A DNA stretch of 57,277 nt from a virus (Duplodnaviria; Caudoviricetes), in the IMG/VR virus record IMGVR_UViG_3300009169_002640, positions 1 through 57,277 of that record; one strand, 5' to 3'. Positions 27,058-37,548 of this stretch are shown here, one piece after another. The first letter of the stretch is position 1. Each line of letters begins with the position of its first letter. A program made the translations under genes and the position numbers. The notes under the pieces are model-generated. The model ran no database searches, was not told where the DNA came from, and saw only the letters and a list, made by a program, of their open reading frames with translations.

Positions 27058-29267
27058 TGCCAGATAAGGTGTACCCGATTGCCAGACTACGCGCCTACCC
27101 CCTTGGGGCAGAGGGCTATGTCACGGACCCCGGCTGGGCCTGGTACTCCCCGATGGCCCAAGACTACGGGGCCTGGTATGCCGCCAACGGCTATCGGTGG
27201 GGGGCCGGCGCCGGCGCGCAGCCCATCTACCCCTTCGAGTGCGCCACCTTGGGAAACCGGGCATCGGTATTCCCTCGCCCGATCCCCTACTGGCAGCACA
27301 CCGAAGAGGCGCAGTGGGTTCAGGATGTAGGTACATGGCACGAGGAGCCGAGCTTCCAGGGCCTCGCGTGGAACGTTCTGCATTGCATAGATTCATCCGG
27401 GACACTAACCTCAGATTTCACCGCTCCTGCCTACCCGAACTTCCTGGTCGGGTTCTACTCGCCTGGAGTCGCGTTGGGCTGGGATCCACTTGAGGACCCG
27501 CCTTATATCTCCATCGGCTGGGGGCCAGAGACTCCGACCGGAGCCCAGTGCGGCTATGAGTTCCGCGTCTGGTACGACGGGTGCGCAGAGATTTTCGAGT
27601 GGTCGGAAGGCGGCGCCTATGCGTCGCTCGGGACCGCACAACTCTCCTGGCGGTGGACCTCCGAGAGTCCGCAGTGGTTGTGGCTGATGATCTGCCACCT
27701 CAGCAACGGTATCGCGGTCAAGGACTCCGGCAGCGGCTCCTGGGAGACTGCGCCCTGGTGGTGGGTGGAGGGGGAAGCGGATATCGCCCCTCCATCTGGC
27801 ACGATTCGTTTCTCTCACGCCGGAGGACAGGCCTATTTCTCGCTTTGCTCACTCCTCGGCCCCGCCAGCGCGGCGGCTGAGGGATCGGAATACGCGGGGG
27901 TTACCTCCCATGTGCTCACCAGCACGGTGATGACTACGGACCGGACCCGCGCCGCGGGGCCAACCGTGGACGTGCGGTCCCTGATACCCACCCCGGTCTC
28001 CTATGATGTAGAACCCGATCTGGCGGTGGTAGCGCTGAACCATGATGGAACCGACGAAGTCGAACTGGAGGCAACGCTCACCTGGGGATACAAGCAGATT
28101 CTCGCAGGTCAGGCCGACGCGGCGCAGGCCTACACTTTCGCGTGGTTCCCGGAGTTCTATGCGGCGCAGGCGCGGCATGACCCGACGCTTCAGGCACCGA
28201 ATGGAGGCCTCCCGCCTTACGAGATTTGGTCGGCGCAAATGGACCGAGTGGTGGTAACGCTCCCGGATGACGCGGAGATGTGCCACGCAGAACTGAACGC
28301 GGTATGGCTCCTGAATGACCAAGGGGGCTTTCTGGACTGGCTCGCCGGGGCGTGCCTAGACCTCGCCTTGGGGTGGGTCTACGATGATGATTCACAAGCC
28401 CTCACCAGCATGATCTCCGGCTATGCTGACGCGCTCCAGGTGGTCGAGGAGTCTCCGAATCGGCTGCGCATTTCCGGCAACATCGTGGACTGCACCGTGC
28501 GCCTGCGGGCCTGCGAGGCCGATTCCGCTTGGCCGGTGATGGACGGGTGGGCTGCAGATGACGCGGTGCAGTACGTCCTGGATAAGTTCGGCTGGCACTC
28601 CTCGCGGGCCTCACTCACAGCGCTAGCCACCTATACGCTCTCTGAGGGCCGGCCGGAGGAACCCCTGTGGCGCGCCGGGCCGGGGCAGTCAGCTTGGGAT
28701 TTCATTGAGCGGATCGCCCGCTACTGCGGGTGCGAGTTCACGGTCACTGTAGGCGGCGGGCTGCTCGCGCGCACCATGATGTATTTCGATACCGGGACCA
28801 CGACCACCTGGCCTTCTACCTCCTGCCTCACCCCTCCCGGCGTACAGACCAGCCGGCGCAATATCTGGAGCTTCACCGGCGTCGAGGTGCGCGGGCGAAC
28901 TGAGGACGGGGAGGAACTAGTCGCGATTCGCGCCGACGCGAACATGGAGTCAAATCCTGCCTACGCTTTTTACAAAGGCTATCGCCGCCTGGAGCAGTTC
29001 TACGAGCCGGGGCTGACGACGCAGGCCGATGTAGATACTCTCGCCGACATTCTCTACAACTGCATGAGGTACCGCATCGGTGACGAGGTGCGCTGGAGGA
29101 TTCCCGACGACCTGGCGCGAGTGCGGCGCCAATGCGCTTACATCACCGGCCTCTTTTCTGGCGTAGATGACATTGACCGCCTGGGGATCACGGCGCTTGT
29201 TCACTCCTTCGGCCCACGCCTCCCGGACTGCTGCACTGATATTGTCGCGGTTCCCTACCCGAGCTAG
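27057..29267 (+). CDS. tail tip / baseplate hub-like protein
   Basis: Position; SAWDFIERIARYCG hub-like helix. Confidence 0.6.
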   Translation: MPDKVYPIARLRAYPLGAEGYVTDPGWAWYSPMAQDYGAWYAANGYRWGAGAGAQPIYPFECATLGNRASVFPRPIPYWQHTEEAQWVQDVGTWHEEPSFQGLAWNVLHCIDSSGTLTSDFTAPAYPNFLVGFYSPGVALGWDPLEDPPYISIGWGPETPTGAQCGYEFRVWYDGCAEIFEWSEGGAYASLGTAQLSWRWTSESPQWLWLMICHLSNGIAVKDSGSGSWETAPWWWVEGEADIAPPSGTIRFSHAGGQAYFSLCSLLGPASAAAEGSEYAGVTSHVLTSTVMTTDRTRAAGPTVDVRSLIPTPVSYDVEPDLAVVALNHDGTDEVELEATLTWGYKQILAGQADAAQAYTFAWFPEFYAAQARHDPTLQAPNGGLPPYEIWSAQMDRVVVTLPDDAEMCHAELNAVWLLNDQGGFLDWLAGACLDLALGWVYDDDSQALTSMISGYADALQVVEESPNRLRISGNIVDCTVRLRACEADSAWPVMDGWAADDAVQYVLDKFGWHSSRASLTALATYTLSEGRPEEPLWRAGPGQSAWDFIERIARYCGCEFTVTVGGGLLARTMMYFDTGTTTTWPSTSCLTPPGVQTSRRNIWSFTGVEVRGRTEDGEELVAIRADANMESNPAYAFYKGYRRLEQFYEPGLTTQADVDTLADILYNCMRYRIGDEVRWRIPDDLARVRRQCAYITGLFSGVDDIDRLGITALVHSFGPRLPDCCTDIVAVPYPS

Positions 29268-29269
29268 CC

Positions 29270-31576
29270 ATGCGAAAGACCCTGACCCGCACAACCGGCC
29301 GCTCCCGCTTCGCGCGCTCCGCCCTAGTCGTGCCGCCCGTAGACTATGGCGTAGTGCCGCGCCCTTCCTACAACGTCGGCGCCGCCACTGGCTCTGGCGT
29401 CTCTGACCACGGCGCGCTCTCGGGGCTGGGGGATGATGATCACGCGCAGTATCTGCTAGCCGATGGCACCCGCTTTGTCGCGGGCAATCTCCGCCCGGAT
29501 GTTTCTGGGGGCCGCTCTTTGGGCAGCAGCGGCTACCAGTGGTCGGCGCTCTGGGCGCGCGCAGTTGACCTATCTACGCGCGTGAAGATAGATGCTATCT
29601 CCACATCCATCTATGCAGTTACCCTTACCGTGGACCAGACCGCAACCGCGCTTGGTGAGCACAATGTGCTAAATCTTATCGCGTTGGCGCCGTCTGCATT
29701 ACAAGCTACGTTTGGAGTAGGAATAGAGTTCTGGGCAGGAGTATCAGGAGCGCCCCCTCCCACGCAAGTAGCGCTCTTCGAGGCGCAGCGTGGGGCTACT
29801 GATGCAGATTGGTCTTTTTGCATTCATCTCTACGATGGAGTGTCGCTTTTCGAGGCCTGCGAGTTTACCAACGACGGCAGCCTCGCCCTTCCTGGCGATC
29901 TGGACGTAGACGGGGCGGCCACCATCGGGACGCTGAGTGGCTATGTGATAGCGACGGCGGGCCTGCTCTCGGGGCAGACGGGGGTGCCGTACACCGATCT
30001 GACCTACACCGGGCTCACCGCGGGCCAGGTGCTGCGCGCGACCGGGGCTAACGCCGCCGCCTTCTCGACCGCGACCTACCCGAATACGGTCACGGTGAAC
30101 CGGCTCCTCTACGCCTCGGCTGCGAACGTCATTTCCGACCTGGCGACCGGGAACAGCGGCGTGCTGGTGACGGACGGGAGCGGGGTTCCCAGCATCGCCA
30201 CGAACATTCCCACCGCCGTGACCATCGGCGGCTCCTACATTTACCGCGCCGGAGGAACGGACGTGCCGGTGGCGGACGGGGGCACGAACAAGAGCGCGTG
30301 GACGCAGTATGCCATCCCCTATCTGAGCGCGGCTACCACCTTCGGCGAGATTGCGATTGGCGCGGCCGGGAAGGTGCTCGCGGTGGCGGCCGGGGCGACG
30401 GGGTACGAGTGGATTTCGGTTGTCGCGGGCGGCGGCGCTCCGATCGGCGCGCAGTACGTGGTGCTCGTGGCGGACGGGGACCTCACGTCAGAACGGGTGC
30501 TGACGGGGACGGCTAACCAGATCACCATCACGGACAACGGCGCGGGCAGTACGGTGGTGCTGAGTCTGCCGCAGAACATTCACACCGCGGCCACGCCGCA
30601 GTTCGCGCGGTTGGGGTTGGGGGCGGCGGCGGACGCGTCGGCGTTGTTGTTCGGTTCCGGTGGTAGCCCTGTGTGGTGGTTGAAAGATACGAGCAGCGGC
30701 GACTCCGCCTTGTCCCGGACGATGCAGGCAATCCTGCTCACCTCCGCCGCGATGAACGCGACCTCGAAGTACACCCCGGCTATCCTATTCGGGTCTACTG
30801 ACCCGGACTTTACGACGGAAAACCCGAAGGTGCTCGCCGCCTTGGCGGGTAGGGCCACGGAGGGCTATGTAGGTGATACGCGGGGCGGCATGGCCCTTGA
30901 CTTCGCGACCACACCAAACAACCCAGGAGCGAACTCAGTCCCCGTCGTCAATCTCACCCTCACTGAGAGCGGGAACCTCGCGGTGAACGCGGGGAAGGGA
31001 ATCTACTTCGATGGGGCAGGAGTGGTAGACGGATCATTAGGCGACACGCGCATACTCGAATCCTCCGCGAACGTGATGGACCTGTACGCGGGCGGGGTGA
31101 ACGCGCTGCGGCTGACGGCAACCGCGGTGGCCGTCACCGGCACCTTCTCCTCGACCGGCGAGATTACGGGGGGGACTACCCACACCTTCATTGTCATGCT
31201 CGCGGGGACGCAGGCAGTTGATTCCACTGCCCCGGGCGCATTGGGGGCAGGCTTCCTCATCCCGTTCAACTGCACCATCCTGGAGATTAGGGCGAACGCG
31301 GGCGTGGCCCCAACCGGCGCAAACTTAGTTTTCGATGTACATTATGACTCAAGCGGCGGGGCAGACGGGGGCGGGACTTCCATCTGGTACCTCACCCCGG
31401 CGAACCGCCTTACCATCACCGCCGGAAACAACACCGCCTCCACAACGGCATTCGACACGGATGACCTCGTGGAGGGCGGCACCCTGGAATTCTATCGCGA
31501 CCTAGTGGGTTCGACGGTCGCGGGCAAGAACGTCTGCATTGCGTTGACGGTTCGCAAGACCGCGGCGGTGTCCTGA
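29270..31576 (+). CDS. tail fibre / receptor-binding protein
   Basis: DHGALSGLGDDDHAQYL, VPVADGGT and GTANQIT fibre motifs; rich in Gly, Thr and Ala. Confidence 0.8.
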   Translation: MRKTLTRTTGRSRFARSALVVPPVDYGVVPRPSYNVGAATGSGVSDHGALSGLGDDDHAQYLLADGTRFVAGNLRPDVSGGRSLGSSGYQWSALWARAVDLSTRVKIDAISTSIYAVTLTVDQTATALGEHNVLNLIALAPSALQATFGVGIEFWAGVSGAPPPTQVALFEAQRGATDADWSFCIHLYDGVSLFEACEFTNDGSLALPGDLDVDGAATIGTLSGYVIATAGLLSGQTGVPYTDLTYTGLTAGQVLRATGANAAAFSTATYPNTVTVNRLLYASAANVISDLATGNSGVLVTDGSGVPSIATNIPTAVTIGGSYIYRAGGTDVPVADGGTNKSAWTQYAIPYLSAATTFGEIAIGAAGKVLAVAAGATGYEWISVVAGGGAPIGAQYVVLVADGDLTSERVLTGTANQITITDNGAGSTVVLSLPQNIHTAATPQFARLGLGAAADASALLFGSGGSPVWWLKDTSSGDSALSRTMQAILLTSAAMNATSKYTPAILFGSTDPDFTTENPKVLAALAGRATEGYVGDTRGGMALDFATTPNNPGANSVPVVNLTLTESGNLAVNAGKGIYFDGAGVVDGSLGDTRILESSANVMDLYAGGVNALRLTATAVAVTGTFSSTGEITGGTTHTFIVMLAGTQAVDSTAPGALGAGFLIPFNCTILEIRANAGVAPTGANLVFDVHYDSSGGADGGGTSIWYLTPANRLTITAGNNTASTTAFDTDDLVEGGTLEFYRDLVGSTVAGKNVCIALTVRKTAAVS

Positions 31577-32160
31577 TGGCGGAATACACCTTCGATTTCA
31601 ACGGAGTAGAGAACCCCTCCACCACCCATGTCGCGAAGTACGCGGTGGACGCCTCCGCCGATCTCCCCGAGCCGGGCGTTGGCGGAACCGAGTTCTCCGA
31701 CACCGACTACGCCGACATCGGGGCTGATGACGCGAGCGGCGCGGACCACGAGACAGCGAACGTGGATGGCGACTACTGCTGGCACCAGTTCATGCTTCAG
31801 CCGAGCGCGGCGGCCACTGCCGACTTCCGCGCGGATATCGCCATCACCTACATCGGCTATGGCCGCAACGGGCCGATCCCCTCGCCCTCCTACCACGTGG
31901 ACCTCTACATTTACGACTTCAATGCCGCGGCGTGGCTATTCGTGGGACATCACAGCAACAGCAGCGCCGCCACCATCTCGCAGAGCCTGGGGAACTGGAA
32001 TCGCTTCTACGATGGAACCTACGTCTACCTGCTGGCGCATAACCCCGAACCGTCCGCCCAGAGCGGCACGCCGACACCGCCCCAAGAACTGAGCGTCATC
32101 ATCACGGACTACACGAGCATCACGCTCACCAATTATCCGGGTGGAGCGCAGATATTTTAG
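31576..32160 (+). CDS. virion-associated hypothetical protein
   Basis: Coupled to the fibre gene; beta-rich. Confidence 0.55.
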   Translation: MAEYTFDFNGVENPSTTHVAKYAVDASADLPEPGVGGTEFSDTDYADIGADDASGADHETANVDGDYCWHQFMLQPSAAATADFRADIAITYIGYGRNGPIPSPSYHVDLYIYDFNAAAWLFVGHHSNSSAATISQSLGNWNRFYDGTYVYLLAHNPEPSAQSGTPTPPQELSVIITDYTSITLTNYPGGAQIF

Positions 32161-32217
32161 GGGTTGCCAAAAACCCTAAAGAGTGCTATACCACTTAGTA
32201 GACAGGAGGCGAACAGA

Positions 32218-32634
32218 GTGACGAACGAGGCGAACAGAATGGCAGACGAGGCGAAGTTGACGTTGACGCTGCATTTACACGATGTGCTGACCACGCCCGG
32301 AGGGAAGGCGCCGATCAAGGTGGGCGGCTCGAGGGACGCGGCCGGCGGGGAGGCGTTGGAGGATCTGACGCTGGGGGTTGCGCTGGCGAACCTGCTCCTC
32401 GGTATGTCGCCCTCCAAGGGCGATCCCAAGAAGGTGCTCCGCTGCGGGCGCGTGCAGGACAAGCTGGCGAAGGCCATTGACTCGGAGAGCGGGGAGTATG
32501 TGGTTGGGGAGATTGCGCTGGGCGTGCTGCGCGCCGCGGCCGGCGAAAACGGCCCCGGCTACAAGGACTTCCTGATGGCGCAGGTCTTGCTAAAGATCGG
32601 CACCGGCGAGGACGAGAGCGCAGAGGACATCTAG
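32218..32634 (+). CDS. hypothetical protein (possible fibre assembly helper)
   Basis: AGGAGG RBS before GTG 32218; position. Confidence 0.5.
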   Translation: MTNEANRMADEAKLTLTLHLHDVLTTPGGKAPIKVGGSRDAAGGEALEDLTLGVALANLLLGMSPSKGDPKKVLRCGRVQDKLAKAIDSESGEYVVGEIALGVLRAAAGENGPGYKDFLMAQVLLKIGTGEDESAEDI

Positions 32635-32681
32635 CCGAGGCGCGCGTAGTGCGCCCAAACGACTTGTGAAGGGTACGGCCC

Positions 32682-33056
32682 ATGCCGGAAAGCAATGAGG
32701 TAGTCACGGAGCGACGGTTGACGGCGGTGGAGGAGTGCTACAAATCGTCACTTGCGATGCTCAACAGGGTAGGCGATCAGCTGGATACACTGACTGCGAG
32801 GCTCTCCGAGATGCCCTGCGCAAGCCATACCGCCGACCTAACCGCCTGGGCTGAGTTCAGCAAGGAACATGCGAATCGCTTTCAGCGCCACCAGGAGACA
32901 GATTCCGCCCACAGGGAGGACGTACAGAAGCAATTCACCGGCATACAGTTCCAGATCAATGGCATGTTCTGGAAGATACTAACCGCGTGCTTGACCGCTG
33001 TGGGGGTTTCCATTTCAATTCTCGCAATTACGCTCAACATCGTCGGGAACAAATAA
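32682..33056 (+). CDS. membrane protein (coiled coil + C-terminal TM)
   Basis: Hydrophobic C-terminus ILTACLTAVGVSISILAITL; lysis region. Confidence 0.6.
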   Translation: MPESNEVVTERRLTAVEECYKSSLAMLNRVGDQLDTLTARLSEMPCASHTADLTAWAEFSKEHANRFQRHQETDSAHREDVQKQFTGIQFQINGMFWKILTACLTAVGVSISILAITLNIVGNK

Positions 33057-33105
33057 GGGCTACCCGCGAACCCCTGGGCTTGCCGTGGCCGGATAGGTAG
33101 ACGAC

Positions 33106-33444
33106 ATGGCAGATGAGCTATCCGTTTCGCTTAAGGAATACGTGGACGATAAGTTCCTGGCGCTAGAGAAATCTCTCACCTTGGCGCGGACAGACATGGA
33201 CCGCAGGCTGGAGGGCATGAATGAGTTTCGGGACCAACTGAATCGGCAGGCAGCGACCTTCGTGACGCGCGATACCTGTAGCATATCATCCGAAAAACGC
33301 GAGGCGGATATCAGGATGCTGAGAGAGAGCAGGGCGACATTGGAGGGGAAGGCGAGTCAGCAGAGCGTGTATGTCACTCTGGCGCTGTCCTTTCTCAGCT
33401 TGCTCTTCGGGGCAATCAGCCTAGTGCTTCACTGGATAAAGTAG
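33106..33444 (+). CDS. membrane protein (coiled coil + C-terminal TM)
   Basis: VYVTLALSFLSLLFGAISLVL. Confidence 0.6.
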   Translation: MADELSVSLKEYVDDKFLALEKSLTLARTDMDRRLEGMNEFRDQLNRQAATFVTRDTCSISSEKREADIRMLRESRATLEGKASQQSVYVTLALSFLSLLFGAISLVLHWIK

Positions 33445-33536
33445 CATGGCAATGGCGGTAGTGAACCCGTACCTCCAAAGGCTGGTGGAGGAATACTTAG
33501 GGCCTTGGGTGTGGCCCTGGGAGAGAGGCGAGGCTA

Positions 33537-33917
33537 ATGAGAGAGCCGAAACCGCAAGCGGACCTGAGCCTGCTGTGGACGCCGTTCCAGAAGCGTGTGG
33601 AGGAGTTGCTGAAGGCGATGCGCCTGCGGGGCTATGACCCCGTACCCTTCGAGACGTACCGCTCCGAGCAGAGGCAGAAGTGGCTTTGGGGGGTGGGGCG
33701 AACCCACTCTATGAAGCGCACCCCTGTGACCTGGACGATGGACTCCCGCCACCGCGTCGGCAAGGCTTGCGACATCATCTCCAAGTCGCGCGGCTGGAAC
33801 TACCCGGCGTTCTACGACGCGCTCCGTGAGGAGGCGTTGAAGTTGAACCTGCGGGACTACGCGGGGCAGATGACGTTCAAGCGCGATTGCTGTCACGTCC
33901 AATGGGGAGGGAAGTGA
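33537..33917 (+). CDS. M15-family zinc peptidase endolysin
   Basis: ETYRS..RQ..L...GRT, SRH..GKACD, D..HVQ. Confidence 0.88.
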   Translation: MREPKPQADLSLLWTPFQKRVEELLKAMRLRGYDPVPFETYRSEQRQKWLWGVGRTHSMKRTPVTWTMDSRHRVGKACDIISKSRGWNYPAFYDALREEALKLNLRDYAGQMTFKRDCCHVQWGGK

Positions 33918-33918
33918 G

Positions 33919-34335
33919 ATGGCGATACTCGGCAAGGAGCGGGAAGGCTTTCTGAAGGTCACTGAAGAGGGGGCGAAGGCTCTCCAGGAGATGCAGGGCA
34001 TGATCTCCGACCTGCGAGGCAAGGTGACGGGGGAGGCGTTGGACCTCCTGGACGCTATCGAGTTACGCGTCCTCACCAAGCTCGACACCCTCCAGGCGGC
34101 GGCAGAGACGCTACTCGCCGCGGGAACTGACCTGGTGGATGATGTGGGCGAGATCGTGGAGGGTCTGGAGGACGCGCCCAAGTGGGCGCAGTCCCTGGTC
34201 AAGACCGGAGAGCGGACCCTCTGGCGTTACTCGAACCTGGCGAAGAACGGGATGGTGGTTGACCTGCGCGACGCGCGTGTGGGCGACCTGCGATTGGAGG
34301 GGGTCATCACCATCACCCCCAAGGTGGCAGAATGA
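33919..34335 (+). CDS. hypothetical protein
   Basis: RBS; coupled ORF. Confidence 0.55.
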   Translation: MAILGKEREGFLKVTEEGAKALQEMQGMISDLRGKVTGEALDLLDAIELRVLTKLDTLQAAAETLLAAGTDLVDDVGEIVEGLEDAPKWAQSLVKTGERTLWRYSNLAKNGMVVDLRDARVGDLRLEGVITITPKVAE

Positions 34336-35132
34336 GAATCGGCATCTCCCCCTACCCGGCGAGCAACACCCTGGCGATTCGCGAGAAGCTGCTGGCCCTC
34401 AAGCCGCAGATCGTGCGACTCACCGTGGAGGCTCTCTCCACCTGGACTCCCTCGTGGGTCATCAACCGCGTCAAGGAGATTCGGGCGATAGTGCCCGACT
34501 GCAAGGTTCACTTGCTCTTGCAGGAGCGGGCCGTTCCTACCAACCTCTCGAAGTGGCTTACTGACTTCGCGGCGCGGGCGACTACCCTGCGCGGCTACGT
34601 CTACGCCTACACCCTCGGAAACGAACTGGGCGCGCTCAAGTATTGGTCGGGGCCGCGCGAGAGCTACGTCCCCTTCTTCCGCGCGTTCTCCGCCGCGCTT
34701 GACGACGCGGACCCAGACGCGCTAATCGGAGCGGCAGGCCAGACGCGCGGCGAGATCATGGGGCCGCGGCAGAATGAGTGGATCGCCGCGATAGACGACT
34801 GGGTTTCTTTCTATGATGTTCACCTGGAGGGCCCGCCGGGGACCTTCGCGGAGCCTATCGAGCGGATGAGGAAGCTCACGAGCTATGCGCCGCTGTGGGT
34901 CACGGAACTGACCGGCACGTTGGGCGCACCGTTGACTCAGCAGGCGAAGGAGATTCCGCTGATCTTTGCGGAAGCGGAGAAGGCGGGCGCGGTGTGCGCG
35001 TCCTACCTGCCGGGGGACAGCCGGACGGTCTACGGGCGGTGGCAGCCGAACGCGCTGCTCACGGCGACAGGCAAGGAGCGGACGACCTACGGGGTGGTGA
35101 AGAAGCTGATCGCGGAGGCGAGAGCGAACTAA
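34332..35132 (+). CDS. clan GH-A-like glycoside hydrolase
   Basis: Acid/base motif YTLGNE, nucleophile motif PLWVTE, DVH. Confidence 0.65.
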   Translation: MRIGISPYPASNTLAIREKLLALKPQIVRLTVEALSTWTPSWVINRVKEIRAIVPDCKVHLLLQERAVPTNLSKWLTDFAARATTLRGYVYAYTLGNELGALKYWSGPRESYVPFFRAFSAALDDADPDALIGAAGQTRGEIMGPRQNEWIAAIDDWVSFYDVHLEGPPGTFAEPIERMRKLTSYAPLWVTELTGTLGAPLTQQAKEIPLIFAEAEKAGAVCASYLPGDSRTVYGRWQPNALLTATGKERTTYGVVKKLIAEARAN

Positions 35133-35170
35133 CCGCGGGCAACACGGACACCGCGGACAAGGAGACGAGC

Positions 35171-35638
35171 ATGAAGATTCTGATCGCAGTTGCACTCGCA
35201 GTTCTGTTGTTCGCGGTTCCGGCGCAGGCGGAGGCCCCTCTCACCATTGAGACGGCGGGGCCGGTCTACCTGTTCACCGGCGGGCAGGGCGGGCTCCTGT
35301 TCACTTTCGGCGTTCCCCTGCTGGAGCAGATTCCCGCGGTGGCGGAGGCCAAGAAGTTCGCCCAGCTTGGCACGGTGATGGTCGGGACCTCCTTCGATAA
35401 CGTGAAATTCTACCCGGCACTGGCGACCTCCGTGCAAATCGGGAACAACCCGGCCCTCGCGATTGGCGGAACCTACCTAGTGGGAGCGGACGACCGGCTG
35501 AGCGCGTTCGCGGGCATTGACTTCTGGCAGTACCTCACCGAGGACACCTCTTCGGCCCTGTCCCTCACCTGCGGCGCGGCCCCGACCCCGGCCGTCACCG
35601 AACCGGGCTACTGGTTGAGCTACAGACTGGAGTTCTGA
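35171..35638 (+). CDS. secreted / outer-membrane-like protein
   Basis: Signal peptide MKILIAVALAVLLFAVPAQA; C-terminal YWLSYRLEF. Confidence 0.65.
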   Translation: MKILIAVALAVLLFAVPAQAEAPLTIETAGPVYLFTGGQGGLLFTFGVPLLEQIPAVAEAKKFAQLGTVMVGTSFDNVKFYPALATSVQIGNNPALAIGGTYLVGADDRLSAFAGIDFWQYLTEDTSSALSLTCGAAPTPAVTEPGYWLSYRLEF

Positions 35639-35640
35639 CC

Positions 35641-35844
35641 ATGAATTGGAACATCTGGGCCAACAAGTTCGGGAAGAACCTGCTCTACGCGCTGCTTGTC
35701 GCGGCCTGCGGGGTGGCGACCCTGGCCCTCACCGACCTCTCGAAGAACCCGGCCGCGCCCGTCGCCGTCGCCTACTTGAGTCCGGCACTGTTTGCCATTC
35801 TCAAGGCGGTGGAGAACTGGGCGAAGCACAGGGGGGACGCATGA
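35641..35844 (+). CDS. probable holin
   Basis: 67 aa, two hydrophobic segments, charged C-terminus. Confidence 0.55.
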   Translation: MNWNIWANKFGKNLLYALLVAACGVATLALTDLSKNPAAPVAVAYLSPALFAILKAVENWAKHRGDA

Positions 35845-35974
35845 CCTAGACAGAGTTCGCCCTGGCCGCGTCGTAGCAACGTGACCGCCTCCACTTTGCT
35901 AACACCCCCAGCCCGCGGCCAGGGCAACATAGAGTTACCGCCCACGGTAACGCATCACCTCCTCTCTCGCAAGG

Positions 35975-36006
35975 GACGACCCCCGGCTTCTCTCTCCGGG
36001 GTCGTC
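35975..36006. terminator. hairpin in the convergent intergenic region
   Basis: GACGACCCCCGG...CCGGGGTCGTC. Confidence 0.4.
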
Positions 36007-36083
36007 TCGCGTCTGCAGGGATTTGGTGGGGTGATAGCCCGAAACGCTCCTGGCGAATCCTAGCGCGTTTTTCTACTGGTGGC

Positions 36084-36118
36084 ACAAAGCAACAGGCCCC
36101 CGGTGCGCTGGGGGCCTG
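36084..36118 (-). terminator. intrinsic terminator of the minus arm
   Basis: CAGGCCCCCGG-tgcg-CTGGGGGCCTG stem, followed on the minus strand by TTGCTTTGT. Confidence 0.6.
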
Positions 36119-36165
36119 CCTCGGCTATCAGGTCGCCTCTTTGGATCGGCCGCGCGGCGGACATG

Positions 36166-36672
36166 CTAGGGGGTGGCCTCCTGCGCGCTCCGCCTCCACT
36201 CCCAGTAGAACTTGTTGGCCTGCCGCTCCGCCTGTAGGGGGCCAGGCGCGCATTTCACCGCGGGTAGAAGCTCGGCGCAATCCCGTTCCGAGACTCCGAG
36301 AAGCCCTATGCCGTGCGCGTGCAGGCGACTCAGATTCTCAGCCTGCCTGCGGTTCGCCACGACTGCCTCGGCCCGGTCGCGGGGGAGAGCCACATACGTC
36401 TCCTCGAAAGCGCACTGGTATCCCCTGGCCTGCCGGATAGCCTGGCGAACATAGTCGAGCTTCAGTTCCACCGCGACCAGCCGCGTATGCAGGGGCCTCC
36501 ATCCGCGCTTTCTGTGAAGCCGCCGCTCTGCCATTTCGAGGTTCAGGACGCAAGCTGCTAGGTCTGTAATCCCGCACTGCGTCCCCGCCTGCCAGGGCAG
36601 GACCAGCATCCCCTGCGCGCGCAGCCACGCGGTGACAATGGGGGCCATGTCCTTTTCGCGGGCGAATGCCAT
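36166..36672 (-). CDS. PD-(D/E)XK nuclease-like protein
   Basis: ITDLAAC...VAVELKL....AIRQA..Y......YVALP. Confidence 0.6.
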   Translation of the reverse strand: MAFAREKDMAPIVTAWLRAQGMLVLPWQAGTQCGITDLAACVLNLEMAERRLHRKRGWRPLHTRLVAVELKLDYVRQAIRQARGYQCAFEETYVALPRDRAEAVVANRRQAENLSRLHAHGIGLLGVSERDCAELLPAVKCAPGPLQAERQANKFYWEWRRSAQEATP

Positions 36673-36676
36673 CCCC

Positions 36677-37306
36677 CTACCCCCTCTCCACTCTCACTGC
36701 TACCCTGCTTCCTTCGACATACAGGCCCAGGAGCCGCGGCCCGATGGGGAGGGAGACGGTGCCGCGCAGCATCGAGGTGATGTGGATTGCGCCATCGGCG
36801 AATCCTACGTGAGCTGGCATGTGCGGTTCGTCTTCATCTGCTCCCGTCCACGTCTCCCGAATCTTCTGGTCCTCCGGCCTGCCCCCCGTCACCTCGCCGA
36901 TCTCGAAGCCGCGCGAGGTCGGGCGGTAGTAGTGCATGGGGTGGGGCCACCTTGGCTTTCTCGTCTCTTGCGCGTGCCTTTGCCAGAGAATATCGCTGTT
37001 TGGACCTGTAGTCCCAAGGCACTTTCTAAGAAGCTCCTCTGCCCTCTCCTGACTGAAACATAGGGCGCTATCCTTTGGCGGCGCGAACATCAGCCAGAAC
37101 CCCCGCCAGTCCTCTTCCCCTCCCCACCGCTCCTGCACCTCCCAGGAGACGCGAACGGGTCCCTTCGCCAACAGGTCCGCGTCCGACACCGCGAGGGCCG
37201 AGCCGATTCCGTCGGCCGCGTCGCGCGGGGCCTCCAGGATGATCCCCGCGGGGCCGGAAGAGACGATCCCCCAGACATCGGTAAAGCGGGCGTGTAGGTC
37301 GCTCAC
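36677..37306 (-). CDS. hypothetical protein
   Basis: GTG start after an AGGAG RBS; coupled ORF. Confidence 0.5.
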   Translation of the reverse strand: MSDLHARFTDVWGIVSSGPAGIILEAPRDAADGIGSALAVSDADLLAKGPVRVSWEVQERWGGEEDWRGFWLMFAPPKDSALCFSQERAEELLRKCLGTTGPNSDILWQRHAQETRKPRWPHPMHYYRPTSRGFEIGEVTGGRPEDQKIRETWTGADEDEPHMPAHVGFADGAIHITSMLRGTVSLPIGPRLLGLYVEGSRVAVRVERG

Positions 37307-37548
37307 CGCCCTCTCCTCTCTCCCTGGTCGCAGGCGACCTCCGTCACCTTCACCGCTTCGCCGCCCGAACACCTCACTAGGTTCGCCAAGATCGAGTAGG
37401 TCTCGCGCAACTGCTCGTGATGCGCGGCGCGCAGCGCGTCCCCCGCCAACGCTGCCTCTTTTGCCCAGGCCTCCTGTTGCTGCCACTGCCCCTTCAGGTA
37501 GAGCAGCACGTCCTCGCGACTGATAATTCTCACGGTTGCCTCAGCCAT
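37303..37548 (-). CDS. hypothetical protein
   Basis: Coupled small ORF with RBS. Confidence 0.5.
   Translation of the reverse strand: MAEATVRIISREDVLLYLKGQWQQQEAWAKEAALAGDALRAAHHEQLRETYSILANLVRCSGGEAVKVTEVACDQGERRGR

Noticed and set aside
32206-32256. GAGGCGAACAGA tandem copies
   Set aside because: A short local duplication at a gene start, too small to support a function.
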